The notes: a model not told the origin generated them from the letters alone. 64,000 nt of DNA from Mobula hypostoma (GCF_963921235.1 NC_086108.1:46316001-46380000); one strand, 5' to 3'. Shown: positions 12,227-25,914, counted from the first letter of the stretch. Numbers and translations are program-made.

Positions 12227-14054
12227 TGTTTATTGCTCTGTCTTTTTTTGTTTCCCATTATAAATTTTCCCCTTTCTGATTGTGATGGACTTATATTTGG
12301 TTTTGCTACTTTATTTCTTTTTACACCCTTCTGAAAGATTTTTAGACTTTTGCCCTGGAAATTTGCTCTCAAGCTTTATTTTAATATTTTAATCTCAATT
12401 ATATTTTGCTGAATTTGAAGTCTGCCAAACTTAAGTCTATTTCTTTTTCTTACAGCTTTGCATGTCTCATCTTTATATTGAACTGTTTTTGCATTAGAGA
12501 GGAATGTTTACTTGCTATGGTTCTTGTAATGGTGCCTTTAATATCAGCCATTCCCTATTCATTGCAACTTCCTGGTCCCTCATAACCAATTTCGAAGGAA
12601 CATCTTCAGATTGAAATGCAGCTTGACATGTAGCTCCATACTTTGTTTTAATTTCTTTCCAATCCTTCTGAAATATTGAATATTTGATTGAAATGCTCTT
12701 TACTGACAGAAATGTATACCAGTGAAGCTGGGAACATAATCAGTGTGGTGTACTGTAGAATATATAGCAACTTTTTTTTTGCACAAATCAAGGTTCCACA
12801 AAACAGAAATGAAATAATGAATGGAATTGTCTATTTAAGGATCATGTAAGACATACATATTGAGCAACACATTAGGAAAAACTCGCTGAAGAGCTGCATG
12901 AGATCATTTATGTTCATCTCAAAGTAAAGACAAGGGGCTTGGTTTAATGTCTCATCCATAAAGCTTCACAGGTAATACACAGTGCCGGTTAAATTACTTT
13001 AGATCTTTCAATGAACCAGCTCCTGATTCTTCTCCAGTTGTCTCTCTTAGATGTACACGTGTGTGCAGCGGGATCTGATTCAGTGCTCAGGATAAAGCAT
13101 CTCATTTAAGGTAGTGGTTTAAAAACTAACTCTAACATGATGCATGAAATGTTAACTGCATAGCAAGCTATTGAAATACATCGGTATTTCGTTTTCAAGG
13201 ACAGGGCCAAGGTTTGTCAAATACTCATCATTAGGATGCATTGTTTAATCATATCATGTTCAGTTATCAAAAAAACAAGAGGAAAAAAGACATTCATTTC
13301 TGAAGTAAATCACAAAACACATGGAAATCTGGAAATATATTAGAAATCTTGTCAGTGTTGTAACATGGGAATACAGCACCATGTAGAATACCAATTATGT
13401 TGATCAGTCCACTGTTCTTCTTCACTGGAGTGCCATTATGTCCTCAGCAAAAGCAGACGGAGCTTTAGCTTAATGCCTCACCTTTATCTTTGAGAATGTG
13501 GGAATCCCTCAGTCTTGCAGAGAGCAGGCCAAATATTAAAGATTAAGACCGTAACACAGAATCTTCTGGTTCAGAAGCAACCAATGAAAATTAAAGTCAT
13601 TCTGAATTAAAATCCGGGGAAAAAGACCCACTTAAATCCACCTGCAAAGGTTATGTCAGGATGATGCAGCAGATGTAACTTTCTGATTCCTCCCCCATTG
13701 CCCTGCCATTATGATATTCCTTCTTAAAGCCGAGGGAGCCCAACAAATGCAAAAGGCTGACTGCTGGAACTTTTCCTAAAGCACTTCAGAGCCAATGAAA
13801 CATGTCCAAAGGTGAGTGGTAGAAGCTGGGGAACTTGGTGGGAATATAAAATGGGTTAGCGTAGCACTAATATCTGTTTCTGTGCTCTGCCCCTTTATGA
13901 CTGTAAGTGCAATAGTCAAATGTAGTATTAGTTTCTGCAGAGCAAGGTAACTCTCACAAATTGATGGAAATTCTGACCCAATTCTCCAAACGTAAGGAAT
14001 TATAGATTAAAATATGTTAGTCTCTAGGCGTGGGGTGTGCGCTGCAAATGTGTG

Positions 14055-14285
14055 GGTGGTACCAGTAGCATAGTGGTTAGCATAACGTTATTGGCAGCCC
14101 AGGTTCAGTTCCAATGCTGTCTGTAAGGAGTTTCTTCGTTCTCTCCCTGACCATAGGGGTGCTTCAGCTTCCTCACACATTCCAAAGAAATGCATGTTAG
14201 GAGGTTAATTGGTCACATGGATATAACTGGGTAACACAAACTCTTCGGACCAGAAGGACCTATTACTACGCTGAACCTTTAATTA
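14055..14285 (+). mobile_element. tRNA-derived V-SINE (HE1-like), degenerate
   Basis: A-box-like TAGCATAGTGGTTAGC, B-box-like GGTTCAGTTCC, and V-domain-like TTCCTCACACATTCCAAAGA...GGTTAATTGG. Confidence 0.7.
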
Positions 14286-14750
14286 AAAATAATGAGATTA
14301 TGAATGATTTTCCATTGTGATGATTCCTTTGAAGGTAATTAAGTCCTTTCCATTGTGTAATACCAACGGAAACAATTCGCCTAAACTTCCTGTATTATTC
14401 ATGCATTGTTCACAGACTAAGCATGAATAATGTGAATTAGATTTTATCGCATTTGTTGCTGGGTGTGGGCAAGTACAAGTAATTAAACAAACACTTTCAA
14501 CACTGTTGTGTAATAAAGGGATTCCCATTCTCCTAAGAAGCTGATAACGTAACATTCCGACAGTCCACTGCTGTCTATAAATAATGCAATATTTTGCTCT
14601 AAATTATTCTGTCTAATCATATCAAAATTACAAAATCATCTAACTCGATTACTACTCACTGCTATCACTTCTAACACTGTGGAGTTAATGTAGGGATAGA
14701 TAAGAAGATAGGTGGTGTGGTGGGTCTGTGAATACATGTGAGTGAATAGA

Positions 14751-14963
14751 GCCACGGTACGTAGTGGTTAGCACGCACTCTTACAGCTCAGCCGTCACAG
14801 TTTGGAGATCAATCCCAGCCTGCTCTGTAAGGAGCTTGTACGTGCTCCCTGTGGAATGCGTGGGGCTACTCCAGGTCCTCCAGTTTCCTCCCACAGTCCA
14901 AAGATGTGCTACCAGTTAGTAGGTTAATTGATCATGGTAAATGATCCATTGGTTAGTTTACGG
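14751..14963 (+). mobile_element. tRNA-derived V-SINE interrupted by a solo LTR
   Basis: GTAGTGGTTAGC head and V-domain CAGTTTCCTCCCACAGTCCAAAGATGTGC...GGTTAATTG; appears to resume after 15,800. Confidence 0.75.
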
Positions 14964-15250
14964 TGTTACGTACCCCGTAACTGGGTTGCCAAGCCAGCAG
15001 AAATGGACCACTCATTGGAGTCTGGATTACTAGAAACTAATAAAATTTTATTAAAGAAATAAGTAACACAGTACTCTAGTCATAAGGATATAAATGCAAC
15101 AGGTTAGCAATGATAAAACACACATGTACACAGAACTAGTGTAATAGGAATCAACCAACCTCTCTCACAGTCCAGGGGTAAAATGATCAGTCTTAAGTGA
15201 CGCAGAGTTCAGTTCAGTTTAGTGCAGTTCACAGTAATCGCTGTTGTGCC

Positions 15251-15290
<40 letters not shown>

Positions 15291-15796
15291 TGATTCAGGT
15301 AGACCTTTGATGTTCTTCGCAATTGGTTTCGGGCGGACCCTTTTATGTCTTCTATCCCGCTGTGGTCGCCGACTGTGACCCCTCCGTTCCGGATACGACC
15401 GTTCTTCCGCGGTGAACCCGGCACCCGGGCAAGGGCGGACACACACACCAGGCTCCCACCGATCATACCTTTGCACCCTGAGTGTCTATGGTCGGTTCCC
15501 GCGCACCGGACCTCCAAACTGCCACCAACTTGTGGGGGCACACCGCTCTTCCAGGGTCTCGTTATCTCGTGATGTGTCCCCGCGCCTTAGTGAACCTGTT
15601 CTTTTTATCCCTCTGCTGGGGTATCGCCTGTCCATCAAACTTCAAACAGTTCAGGTTCAAAGCAACCGGTCTGTCAATATTCTGAATTGTGTTTCTTTTC
15701 CGTTATCTCTCTTTCCTCTCTCATTAACATTTTGAACGTTTCTCCCTTATCTCTCTCATTAGCATCAATCGTCTGATAACTTGGTTTGTCGTCACA
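14964..15796 (-). mobile_element. Solo LTR (833 bp)
   Basis: TGTTAC...GTCACA termini, exact 4-bp TSD ACGG (14960-14963 / 15797-15800), AATAAA on the minus strand near 15,050, internal (GA)n. Confidence 0.85.
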
Positions 15797-16389
15797 ACGG
15801 TTAAATCAGGGATTGTTGATTCAGGAATGAGTTTAACCTGTGACTAAAAAGGAAACCAAGCTGATTCAAAGTTCCATCCCTGCTTTGAGTTAAACCATCT
15901 CAACAAGGTCCACAGTGGTTTGGCCCCATTCTACTTTAACACATCTGGATATTAAGGGGAACAGCTGGGTCGAATTCCCACCTGAAGTCTTCATGAAGGT
16001 GTGTGTGAATGGGCAAGTGACGAATGACAATCAGGTGGAATGCCAACTCAACATTCCTCAGATACTCAATGGCAACAGTTCTCACGTCAATACTGGAGAT
16101 TTCACTCCAATGAAAATGAAAACGCAATTTGACATGAATCAGTACAGTACAGTACAAAGTCTCACTGCCTCAGAGCTGTTGTCCTCACAGTTTCAAACAA
16201 GTGGGTCACCAATATATCCTGCCCCAGTCTGCACTGCACATTCATAGGGAGGGTGACAGAGAAATGAGGAGCAAGGCATAATTGAATAATTGTTTTATTA
16301 AATATGTCAAAAATGATTCTGAAACTAACCTCAAATCGCTTCCAATTCGGTTTCAATTAGCTAAAAGGACTGTTACAATTAGTTACATG

Positions 16390-17325
16390 TCATAGAATCA
16401 TAGATCTATAGAGCACAGAAACAAGCCTTTCAGCCAACTATGTTCATGGTGAATCTTTTGCCCACCTTCTCTAATCCTATTGCCTGCTCCCCTCTATTCC
16501 TTGCCTATTCAAATGCCTGCCTAAGTGCCACTTAAACTTTGTGAATGTCCCTGACTCTATCACCTCTTCTGGCAGCAAGCTCCAGATATCAATCACTCTC
16601 TGTAAGAAAAAAGTTTTTACCTTCATGTCCCCTTTAAAGTCCCTTCCACTCACCTTAAACCTCCGCCCTCTTTTTAATACCTTTGCCACCAGGAAAAAGA
16701 CCCAATCTTCTACCTGACTCATGTCTTCCAAAAATTAATGTACCTCAATCAGGTTACTCCTCAGCCTCTTTCACTCCTGGGAAAACAAACCCCAGTGTTT
16801 TATAAATTTGCATCATAACTCTCAATTTATAATATCTCAACTCTTATATTCTATCCCTGACCTGTGATGGCAATCCTGCCGTATTTCTTACTCAAAGCTC
16901 TATCGACTGCACTTGTGTTTCCAATTTCATTCCTAGAATCAGAATCAGGTTTAATATCCTAGGCATATGTAGTGATATTTGCTAACTTAGCAGCAGTAGC
17001 AATACAATTCAATATATGATAAATATAAAAATTAATCAATCGACTACTATATATATATAATTAGTTAAATCAAAAATAGTGCAAAAATAGGAAAAAAGAG
17101 AGGTAGTGTTCATAGGTTCAATGTCCATTTAGGAACTGTATGGCAGAGAGGAAGAAGCTGTTCTTCAATTGCTGAGTGTGTGCCTTCAGGCTTCTGTACC
17201 TCCTTCCTGACGGTGACAATGAGAAGAGGGCACGTCCTGGGTGATGAGTATCCTTAATTATGGACGCCGTCTTTCTGAGCCCCTGCTCCTTGAAGATGTC
17301 TGGATACTACAGAGGCTAGAATGCA
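16390..17325 (-). mobile_element. Adjacent CR1 3' fragment and Rex1-like 3' fragment
   Basis: ORF 16477-16731 has FFLQRVIDIWSLLP (CR1). 16935-17320 matches the Rex1-like 3' end at 43.7-44.1 kb, including the AGAATCAGAATCAGG tail. Confidence 0.75.
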
Positions 17326-18599
17326 TCACTTTGCACTTGGTTGGATTAAGTTCCATCTGCTAATGCTCTGACCAACTTCTCATCTGATCCATAAACTAAT
17401 GTAGCCTTAGACAACCTTCCTTGCTACCTGCAACACTATGAACCCCCATGTCACCCCCTCCCCCGCAACAAAGTTGCTAATCATACCTCCAGGTCTTGCA
17501 AATGAATCCTAAAGCTGAATAATTCCAGAAGGATCCTGCTCATGAATTAAAAATAACTTCAAGTATCTTGGCTTGAAATATTGACTGTTTATTCCTCTCC
17601 ATAAATGCTGCCTGACCTGCTGAGTTTCTCCAGCAATTTATGTGTGTTGCTCTCAGTTCCAGCATCTGCAGAATTGCTTGTGTTTTTATTGTTCGCCTCC
17701 CACGAGACTTCATTGGCACTGACTTCTGCTTCAGTGTGCATACTACAGGAGTGTAAACAAGAATGCAGAAAAAAGAGCACCCATGATCTGTGATACTCTT
17801 CAGCAAAGGAAAGGCTGCAGTCACTTTTACAAGACCACAGAAGTGTTCCTACCAGAGAAACCTTAGCGTTATCCCTTAAAGTTCTCCCAACCCATCCAAA
17901 GCTGCACTTACCAAATAGCAACTGAATTAACATGAAAGCAGCATTTGGCTTTCGGTGGATGCTGGAGGCCAGATGTTACTCAAAACACCAAGGAGACCCA
18001 TCGGCACCTGTGGAAAGCAAAACAGAGTTAATGTTTCAGGCTGAAGATCTTTCATCAGAAGCAGAAATTTCCACTTCTGCTTTAAAGTTTATTTGATTTA
18101 GTTTTAAGAATCTGCATGAACTAAACTACTAGTGGTAACGGAATCAGTTTAAAAAGTGCAGTGATGTGAATTTCACTAGCAGAAAACTGCTGGCCTTATA
18201 TTAGTGATTCATTACACATATTTAAAAATTAAGAATAATGGTGATTAACATTGTTAATTTAGTCAAACATTGAATTAAATTTCTTTTCCTGTACAGAATT
18301 TGTACAGTGTACCCACAAATATTGATTAACGTTTCTTTCCCTATACAGAATATTTAAAGTGTGTCCCATAAACATCAAGGGCATATATGTATTTAAATAG
18401 TTTATTTTGCTATGAATGCGACATGGAGTCTGCATTACTCCAAACTAAATTCGGCTCTTTTACTTTTACACCACACCTTAATAAAAGCTATCCTTCCCCT
18501 ATATTTACAATAAATGGTCAGGAATATTCATGTATTTCATTTGTTTCATTCATGAAAAGACCAAGGGGTCATATATTTGGGCTCTCACTTTAAAAGCAA

Positions 18600-18795
18600 T
18601 AATGACTCATCTTCCGGCTGAAAATTCCCTACAGGAAATGAGGCAGACCTTTTATTATGACAAGTCATGCACAGTTTACAGTCCAATTCCATAATATGTA
18701 GCCAAAGCTCTAACTTTACCGTAACTTTGGATCAGTAATGTAAAAATAGCTTTCTCCTTTTTGTGGAAATTCCCAGCCTAATATTTAGGAAGTAC
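18600..18795. promoter_or_regulatory. Candidate inflammatory enhancer (AP-1, NF-kB x2, ETS x3)
   Basis: TGACTCA 18603-18609; CTTCCGG 18611-18617; GAAAATTCCC 18620-18629; CAGGAAAT 18632-18639; GGAAATTCCC 18765-18774; AGGAAGT near 18788. Lies in apparently non-repetitive DNA. Function is inferred. Confidence 0.4.
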
Positions 18796-18999
18796 TTTTC
18801 AGAAGTGAGGTGGTGGGTAGAGAAGTGTGTCCAAGAGACAGAAGTTAAAAAAGACTATCAAGCCACAGAATGATGCCCTTGGGATTCTCTTGTAGGGGGT
18901 TCAAAAGCTTTGGCCCTTCAGCTAATGCCAGAATGGCTTCTGTCCTTTAGCTTAAGCTTGCTTTTCTATTCAAGGACTGTGCCACATGCACAGAAGATT

Positions 19000-19745
19000 C
19001 AAGATTTAAGATTGTTTCATGTAATTTCCAGCACACAAGTGTAAAGAAGAATGAAATAATTGTTACTCAAAGCTAAATGTTTGAAGTAAATTTTATCATC
19101 AAAATACAAACAGTGTATGTCACCATATACAACCCTGAGAAATCACTTTCTTGTGAGCATACTCAAGAAATTTATAGAATAGTAACTATAACAGAATCAA
19201 TGAATGACCACCAAACTAGGGCTATCAACCACAGTGCAGAAGACAACAGACTGTGCAAATGCAAAAAGAGCAAACAATAATATAAATAATTATACAATAA
19301 GAACATGAGATGAAGAGTCCATTGGTTGTGGGAACATTTCAAAGTTGGGGCAAGTGAAGTTGAGTGAAGTTCTCCCCTTTGTTCAACAGCCTGATGGCTG
19401 AGGGCTAGTAACTGTCCCTGAACCTGGTGGTGAGTCCTGAGGCACCTATACCTTCCAACCGATGGAGCAGTGAGACGAGAACACGTCCTGGGTGGTGGTG
19501 GTCCCCAATGAGGGAAGCTGCTTTCCCACAACAGCATTTCATGTAAATGTGCTCAAAAGTATTGTTTTTTCACTATTTAAATGGTTTTCCATGGATAATA
19601 CCTGGACTTCTTGTATAGTTCCGGATCACCAGTCTTGAATGCCACAGATATAGCCCCCAGCAGACTACAGATCTCCTCGTTCATCCACGGTTTTAGGTTT
19701 GGATATGGCTGGTATGTTCTCGAAGGCACACTCTCATCCTCTTCT
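19000..19745 (-). mobile_element. Rex1-like LINE fragments
   Basis: ORF 19577-19786 has YPNLKPWMNEEI...AFKTGDPELYKKSRY; 3' end resembles the other Rex1-like copies. Confidence 0.7.
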
Positions 19746-20046
19746 TCTGGCATCCATGAATATTTTTTCTCTTCACATTGAAGCAACTTGTAAGAAAAGT
19801 AACAGCCAACTCAGACACAGTGCCAAAGGAAATTTGCTCTTCTTTACTTTATATTCCTGAGCTGTTTTACATCAATAGTTCTTAATCTCAAACACGGCAG
19901 TTAGAAAAACTGACAACCAGATTGTTTATCTAGGGGTAATTTTCCTGGAGCAGGAGCTCCACCTGATGCTTTAAGATTGCGGCTGAGAAGACACAAGAAG
20001 CAGGTCAAGCTTCCTGACGCCAGACCTGCAAAGGAGGGTCCAAAGG

Positions 20047-20483
20047 TGTTGCGGAAAAGTCTCAGGAGCAGCAGACAGAACAAATCAGGCCGACTCAGAG
20101 AATTGTTTCAGACTAAAGGACTTTACTTACACATTAGATAATGGAGAGCCTTTTTTCCTAAAAGTGGTGTTCAGAAGCTCTGGTTAGCTTTCAGGCACGC
20201 TTCATTATATAGACACAGGGTACATAACTAAAAGCACTTAACAATAACATTGCTCGACCGTGATCTGAGGCCTAAAATGTAACAAACATCGTGACCTTGA
20301 ACTTGACCTAAATTTCAACAAACAACAGCATTACGTAAATGCGGCGCCAGAACTTTTTTCTTCAGACATTATCAAGGACTTTCAGCTAAATTCTAAGAGC
20401 AAAGACTTTCGCTGAATTTGAAGAGCATTCACAAGCTATTAGGTTAACCCCTACATATTCAAAGAGTCTTAAATTCTTCCACA
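20047..20483 (-). repeat. ERV 3' LTR (437 bp)
   Basis: TGTTGCGG...TTCCACA on +; direct repeat of 30033-30461; preceded on the minus strand by purine tract AAGGAGGGAAT (20484-20494). Confidence 0.95.
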
Positions 20484-20530
20484 ATTCCCTCCTTGTTGAT
20501 CCTTTCAGATCAACATTCCTCATGAGGTAT

Positions 20531-21857
20531 TTACTCCTCTTCCTCATAGGGGGATTCATATCCCTCTGGAAAGGGTCTTTCTTTGCCAGGATGTACCTCT
20601 TTTCCCCACCAGTTTCACCTACTGCGCATTTCTCTCACCATCTGGGGTACCATAGGGACATTTTCAGGTCCGAGTAAGGCTCTTTTCATTAACTGGTAAC
20701 AACACAATCGTAATGCTCCACATACACAGCACCCTAAAACACAAACCATTACCACTATAATTATCCCATGGGTAATCCAGATTCCCCAGCCAGAAAACCA
20801 TCCCTCTATTATTTCCCACCATTTCGTTCCTGAACCAAAATTCTTAAGCTGTTTCCTTATCTTTCTAATCTCCTCAATTTTTCCTCTTATGTGTTGACTA
20901 AAGTCAGTTATGTTTTCTAAGGCATCGGGAATATAAGTACAACATTCCTGCCCTATCACAGCGCATGTTCCTCCTTTTTCAGCTAAGAGTAGGTCCAGAG
21001 CCATTCTATTTTGCAAGGCTACCATCGTAAGGGCAACTACTTCTGTTGTTAGGTCTTTCACTTGCGTCTGCACGTCAGTTAGGGCATCAGTAGTGTCATT
21101 GGCCAATTTCTCTAGAGCGGCTGCCATATTAATACTTTCTCGCGAATTTCGGGTCACACCAAATGGGGGAAATGCTACCATCCAAAACCTTTCACTTTCC
21201 GTTATCCCTCGCTTACTTCGCCTTAAATAAGGGTGTTGCAATATATCTTTTATAGCATGCATGGAGGGCACTATATAGGCCAAATAACAACAGCCCGTCC
21301 AGTTTCCTGGGGACACATTCCCATTTTTGCCTGGCGGCCCTGGAAACCAAGGATAAGCTCTTTCCCCACATACCGCCTCTGTTTAGTACAAGAGCTATTA
21401 CCCAAAATGTCCCATTTCCCCCTGCCGTATTACGATAACAAATTCCATTTACAGTTTTCTGTGTATTTACTAACTCAAAGGAGGGCATCCTTTTTCCCTC
21501 CATCGGGGTCCAGAGGCACCATCCTTTGAAACAGGTACACCCACAATCCCCTTCATTGACATCAGAGTCCTTTATCATCTTCTGCCAATCTCTTGTTCTA
21601 AAGTTGGAATAAGATGTGTTAAATTGGTTCCTAAGTCTCACAGAAAACATTTCACTTCCGTTCAGGGTGACCCATTCTAGGGACATTCCCTGGGCGGCAT
21701 GCTGAGGTATCTTTACACACACCCAACAAGTGTCCAACTCTTCACTTTGTTGACTGGTGCAAGTGTGACATAAAGACAGAAAGGTATTTTTGGATAAGGC
21801 CATACTAACTCCCCCCAGTATCAGTCCCCATAAAAGCATCTGGCTTGTCAGCTTCAT
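20531..21857 (-). pseudogene. env: ERV envelope (gamma-type SU/TM), frameshifted
   Basis: Signal-like MKLTSQMLLWGLILGGVSMALS; CWVC (CXXC) motif; furin site RRSKR; ISD LQNRMALDLLLAEKGG; CX6CC (CAVIGQECC); hydrophobic TM. Frameshift between ORFs 21213-21893 and 20615-21316. TGA at 20615-20617 is followed in frame by 27 more codons. Confidence 0.93.
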
Positions 21858-24458
21858 ACTTCCTTGTCTTCCAACTCCTGGTGCAGTTTGCACCTAGTAG
21901 TGTGAATCCATTCTCCTTTTCCTTCAACCTTTACCGCTGTTCGAGTTGTTAGCAGCACTGGGTAGGAGCCTTTCCACCTGGGAGAGAAAGAATCTTTATT
22001 CATTGATCTCACATATATTCTATCTGCCGGCTTTACGGATGCAGGTTACCTTCAGTTAAAGGTGCCTGGGCTTGCCGGACCCTCTCATACAATTTCCCTG
22101 CCTTCTGACACAATGCCTGTGCATATTTCAGTGTCTTCTCATCTTTCCATATTAGCGCTACCTTTTCTGGGGTCATGGGGGCTTAGTTCCTGTTGTCATA
22201 GGCCGCCCCATCAAAATTTCATGAGGGCTAAGTCCTGTATTTCTATTCTTCTGATTTTCGCAGAGTGTACGTTACTAGGGGCATTGCCTCTGGCCGTCTG
22301 AGACCGTTTTGCTGACAAACTTTTGTCAAAGCTGCTTTTATTTCCCCGTTTGCTCTTTCCACCATACCCAAGGACTGAGGCTTTTAGGGGATATGCAATC
22401 TCTGCTGGAACCCCAAGGCTTCCTTCAGTCCCTGTACTACTTTATTTGTAAAATGGGTTCCCATGTCGCTACTTACCCCTAGGGGAATTCCAAATCTAGG
22501 TATAATTTCCAGGTTGGAGCAGGTGATCAAATTTAGCGGGCGTCTTTCCTCTGTTGTTTTGTTGGCAAACTAAACAAGTTTGTGCTACCTTCTTGGTAGT
22601 TACTGTTTTCTCTGGGGTGTACCATTGTTGAGTGATGGCATGCTGCATCCCTCCTTTGCCCATGTGAGCCTGGCCATGTGCCAGGTGAGCCGGGGCAAAA
22701 ATAAATTATGCGGGTACACTGCTCGGCCGTCTGGATGACGCCATAGCCCGGTATTCCGGTAACATGCAGATTTGCTCCAGGTACATTTCTCTTGCTGTGA
22801 GGCAAGATTTTGGGCTTCCTGCAACCTCTGGATGTCCATACACACAGGGAGCTCCTTCCTTCCCGATTCAGCCCGAGGGGTCTGTGGCACAGGTTCTCGC
22901 TGTAGGGCCACCTGTTTTGCTACCATGTCTTCAAACTGGTTTCCCTTGGAGACCTTACTTTCGGCTGAAGTGTGTGCCTCGCACTTAATTATTACTAAAG
23001 TCTGTGGCAACTGTATAGCTTCTAAAAGGTTCAGTACGAAGGAGGCGTGTTTAATCGCTTTCCCTGACGAGGTGATAAATCCTCCATTTTTCTACAATCG
23101 CCCATAGTCATGTGCTATCCCAAACGCATAACGTGAGTCAGAATAAACATTGGCAGCTTTTCCTTAGGCCAAAATTGAAGCAAGCTCAGGTAATGGCATA
23201 GAGTTCTGCTGCCTGCACTGATATTCCTATTGTCAAGGCATAAGCTTCTACTATCTCATGGGGAGTTACTATAGCATACCCTGCCAGCAACAGATCATCT
23301 CTTGGGCAGTGCAAAGAGCCATCTGTGAAAAGAATTAAATCAGTGTTATCAATAGGTTCGCTTCTCAGATCTGGTGGGGGAATAGTAGTGGCTTCCACTG
23401 CGAGCAAAGAGTCATAGTCATTCCCATCCTGCTGTGCAGATGGTAATGGTACAAAAGTAGCTGGATTAATAGCCGGAGATCTTTTGAACGTACAGTTGGA
23501 TCGAGAGAGAAGAATCACCTCATAACCTGTCCTTCTGGCTGTGGTAAAATGCTGAGTAGCAGCATGGGGCATTACGGCATGGGGTACTATCACAGTACAC
23601 GGGTGATCCAATACAATAGGAATAGGTTTTTCTACCATTACATTTAGGTCATGGAAGGCTTTCTCCCTTTCGGGTGTCCAGTCCACAATGAGGGGCTCCG
23701 TTTTCACTGTAGCAGCACGCATTACTGCATCCCTCTCCCGGTTTTCGGGAATCCACTGTCAACAGTGCCCTACCGTGCCCAGGAAAGAAAGAATGGAATT
23801 TTTTGTTTTGGGGACTGGGATCTTCTTTATTGCTTTTATTCGATCCCTTCCCAAACTTCGCCAACCTTTACTGAGCTGGAATGCAAGGTACTGGATAGTC
23901 TCTTGGCAAAACTGCATTTTCTCCTCAGACACCCTGTGCCCTCTTCTCGCCAAAAGTTCAAGGAGTGTTAACGAATTGATCAGACATTGTGGCCCTGTAG
24001 CAGAAGCTATCCGGATGTCATCTGCATACTGAGTCAGCGTGGAATATTTGGACAGCTGGCATTCAGCCAAATCATTTTTAACTGCTGCAGCATAAACTGT
24101 GGGGCTTTCAGTATATCCCAGGCAGACGTGCCCACGTATATATTGCTCATTCTTATAAGCAAAGGCAAATAAGTACTGGCTATCCTCACGCAAAGGTATG
24201 GAGAAAAATGCTGGGCACCAATCGACTACAGTAAAGGTACGAGCTCCCGCAGGTATAGAAATAAACATGATGTAGGTGTCCAGCACCAGCGGAGTGATAG
24301 GGATGACTATCTTATTAATGGCTCTTAGGTCCTGCACAAAAATGCCATTCATTTCTCCGCAAACACGAGGAAATCTGCAGATGCTGGAATTTCAAGCAAC
24401 ACACATCAAAGTTGCTGGTGAACGCAGCAGGCCAGGCAGCATCTCTAGGAAGAGGTAC

Positions 24459-24494
24459 AGTCGACGTTTCAGGCCGAGACCCTTCGTCAGGACT
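24459..24494 (-). ncRNA. Minimal type I hammerhead ribozyme (Penelope-associated)
   Basis: Minus strand reads AGTC-CTGACGA-A-GGGTCTCGGCCT-GAAAC-GTC-GACT: core CUGANGA/GAAA, GUC site, stem I AGTC/GACT. Confidence 0.8.
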
Positions 24495-25914
24495 AACTGA
24501 AGGAAGAGTTAGTAAGAGATTTGAAAGTGGGAGGGGGAGGGGGAGATCCAAAATGATGGGAGAAGACAGGAGGGGGAGGGATGGAGCCAAGAGCTGGACA
24601 GGTGATTGGCCAAAGGGATATGAGAGGATCATGGGACAGGAGGCCCAGGGAGAAAGAAAAGGGGGAGGTGGGGGGAAACCCAGAGGATGGGCAAGGGATA
24701 TAGTGAGAGGGACAGAGGGAGAAAAAGGAGAGAGAGAAAAAGAATGTGTGTATATAAATAAATAACGGATGGGGTACGAGGGGGAGGTGGGGCATTAGCA
24801 GAAGTTAGAGAAGTCAATGTTCATGCCATCAGGTTGGAGGCTACCCAGACGGAATACAAGGTGTTGTTCCTCCAACCTGAGTGTGGCTTCATCTTTACAG
24901 TAGAGGAGGCCGTGGATAGACATATCAGAATGGGAATGGGACGTGGAATTAAAATGTGTGGAATTAAAATCTCCATCCTCCTGCCCCCCTACTAGGAAAG
25001 GGTTCCCCTTGTCCTCACCTACCACCCTACCAGCCTCCGGGTCCAACATATAATTCTCCATAACTTCCGCCATCTCCAACGGGATCCCACCACTAAGCAC
25101 ATCTTCCCTCCCCCCCCTCTGCTTTCCGCAGGGATCGCTCCCTACACGACTCACTTGTCCATTCGTCCCCCCCCATCCCTCCCCACCGATCTCCCTCCTG
25201 GCACTTATCCTTGTAAGCAGAACAAGTGCTACACATGCCCTTACACTTCCTCCCTTACCACCATTCAGGGCCCCAGACAGTCCTTTCAGGTGAGGCAACA
25301 CTTCACCTGTGAGTCGGCTGGGGTGATATACCGCGTCCGGTGCTCCCGATGTGGCCTTCTATATATTGGCGAGACCTGACGCAGACTGGGAGATCATTTT
25401 GCTGAACACCTACGCTCTGTCCGCCAGAGAAAGCTGGATCTCTCAGTGGCCACACATTTTAATTCCATGTCCCATTCCCATTCTGACATGTCTATCCATG
25501 GCCTCCTCTACTGTAAAGATGAAGCCACACTCAGGTTGGAGGAACAACACCTTATATTCCGGCTGGGTAGCCTCCAACCTGATGGCATGAACATTGACTT
25601 CTCTAACTTCCGCTAATGCCCCACCTCCCCCTCGTACCCCATCCGTTATTAATTTATATACACACATTCTTTCTCTCTCTCTCCCTTTTCTCCCTCTGTC
25701 CCTCTGACTATACTCCTTGCCCATCCTCTGGGTTTTCTCCCCTCTCCCTTTTCTTTCTCCCTGGGCCTCCTGTCCCATGATCCTCTCATATCCCTTTTGC
25801 CAATCACCTGTCCAGCTCTTGGCTCCATCCCTCCCCCTCCTGTCTTCTCCTATCATTTCAGATCTCCCCCTCCCCCTCCCACTTTCAAATCTCTTACTAA
25901 CTCTTCCTTCAGTT

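Noticed and set aside
20615..21316. Domesticated syncytin-like env gene
   Set aside because: SU and TM are in different frames, there is a probable premature stop, and the rest of the provirus is equally decayed.
24412..24765. Recurrent ORFs MLVNAAGQAASLGRG... (also 11829, 25443, 31530, 49842) as a multicopy gene family
   Set aside because: They are antisense readings of the non-coding Penelope terminal repeat; lengths and frames vary between copies.
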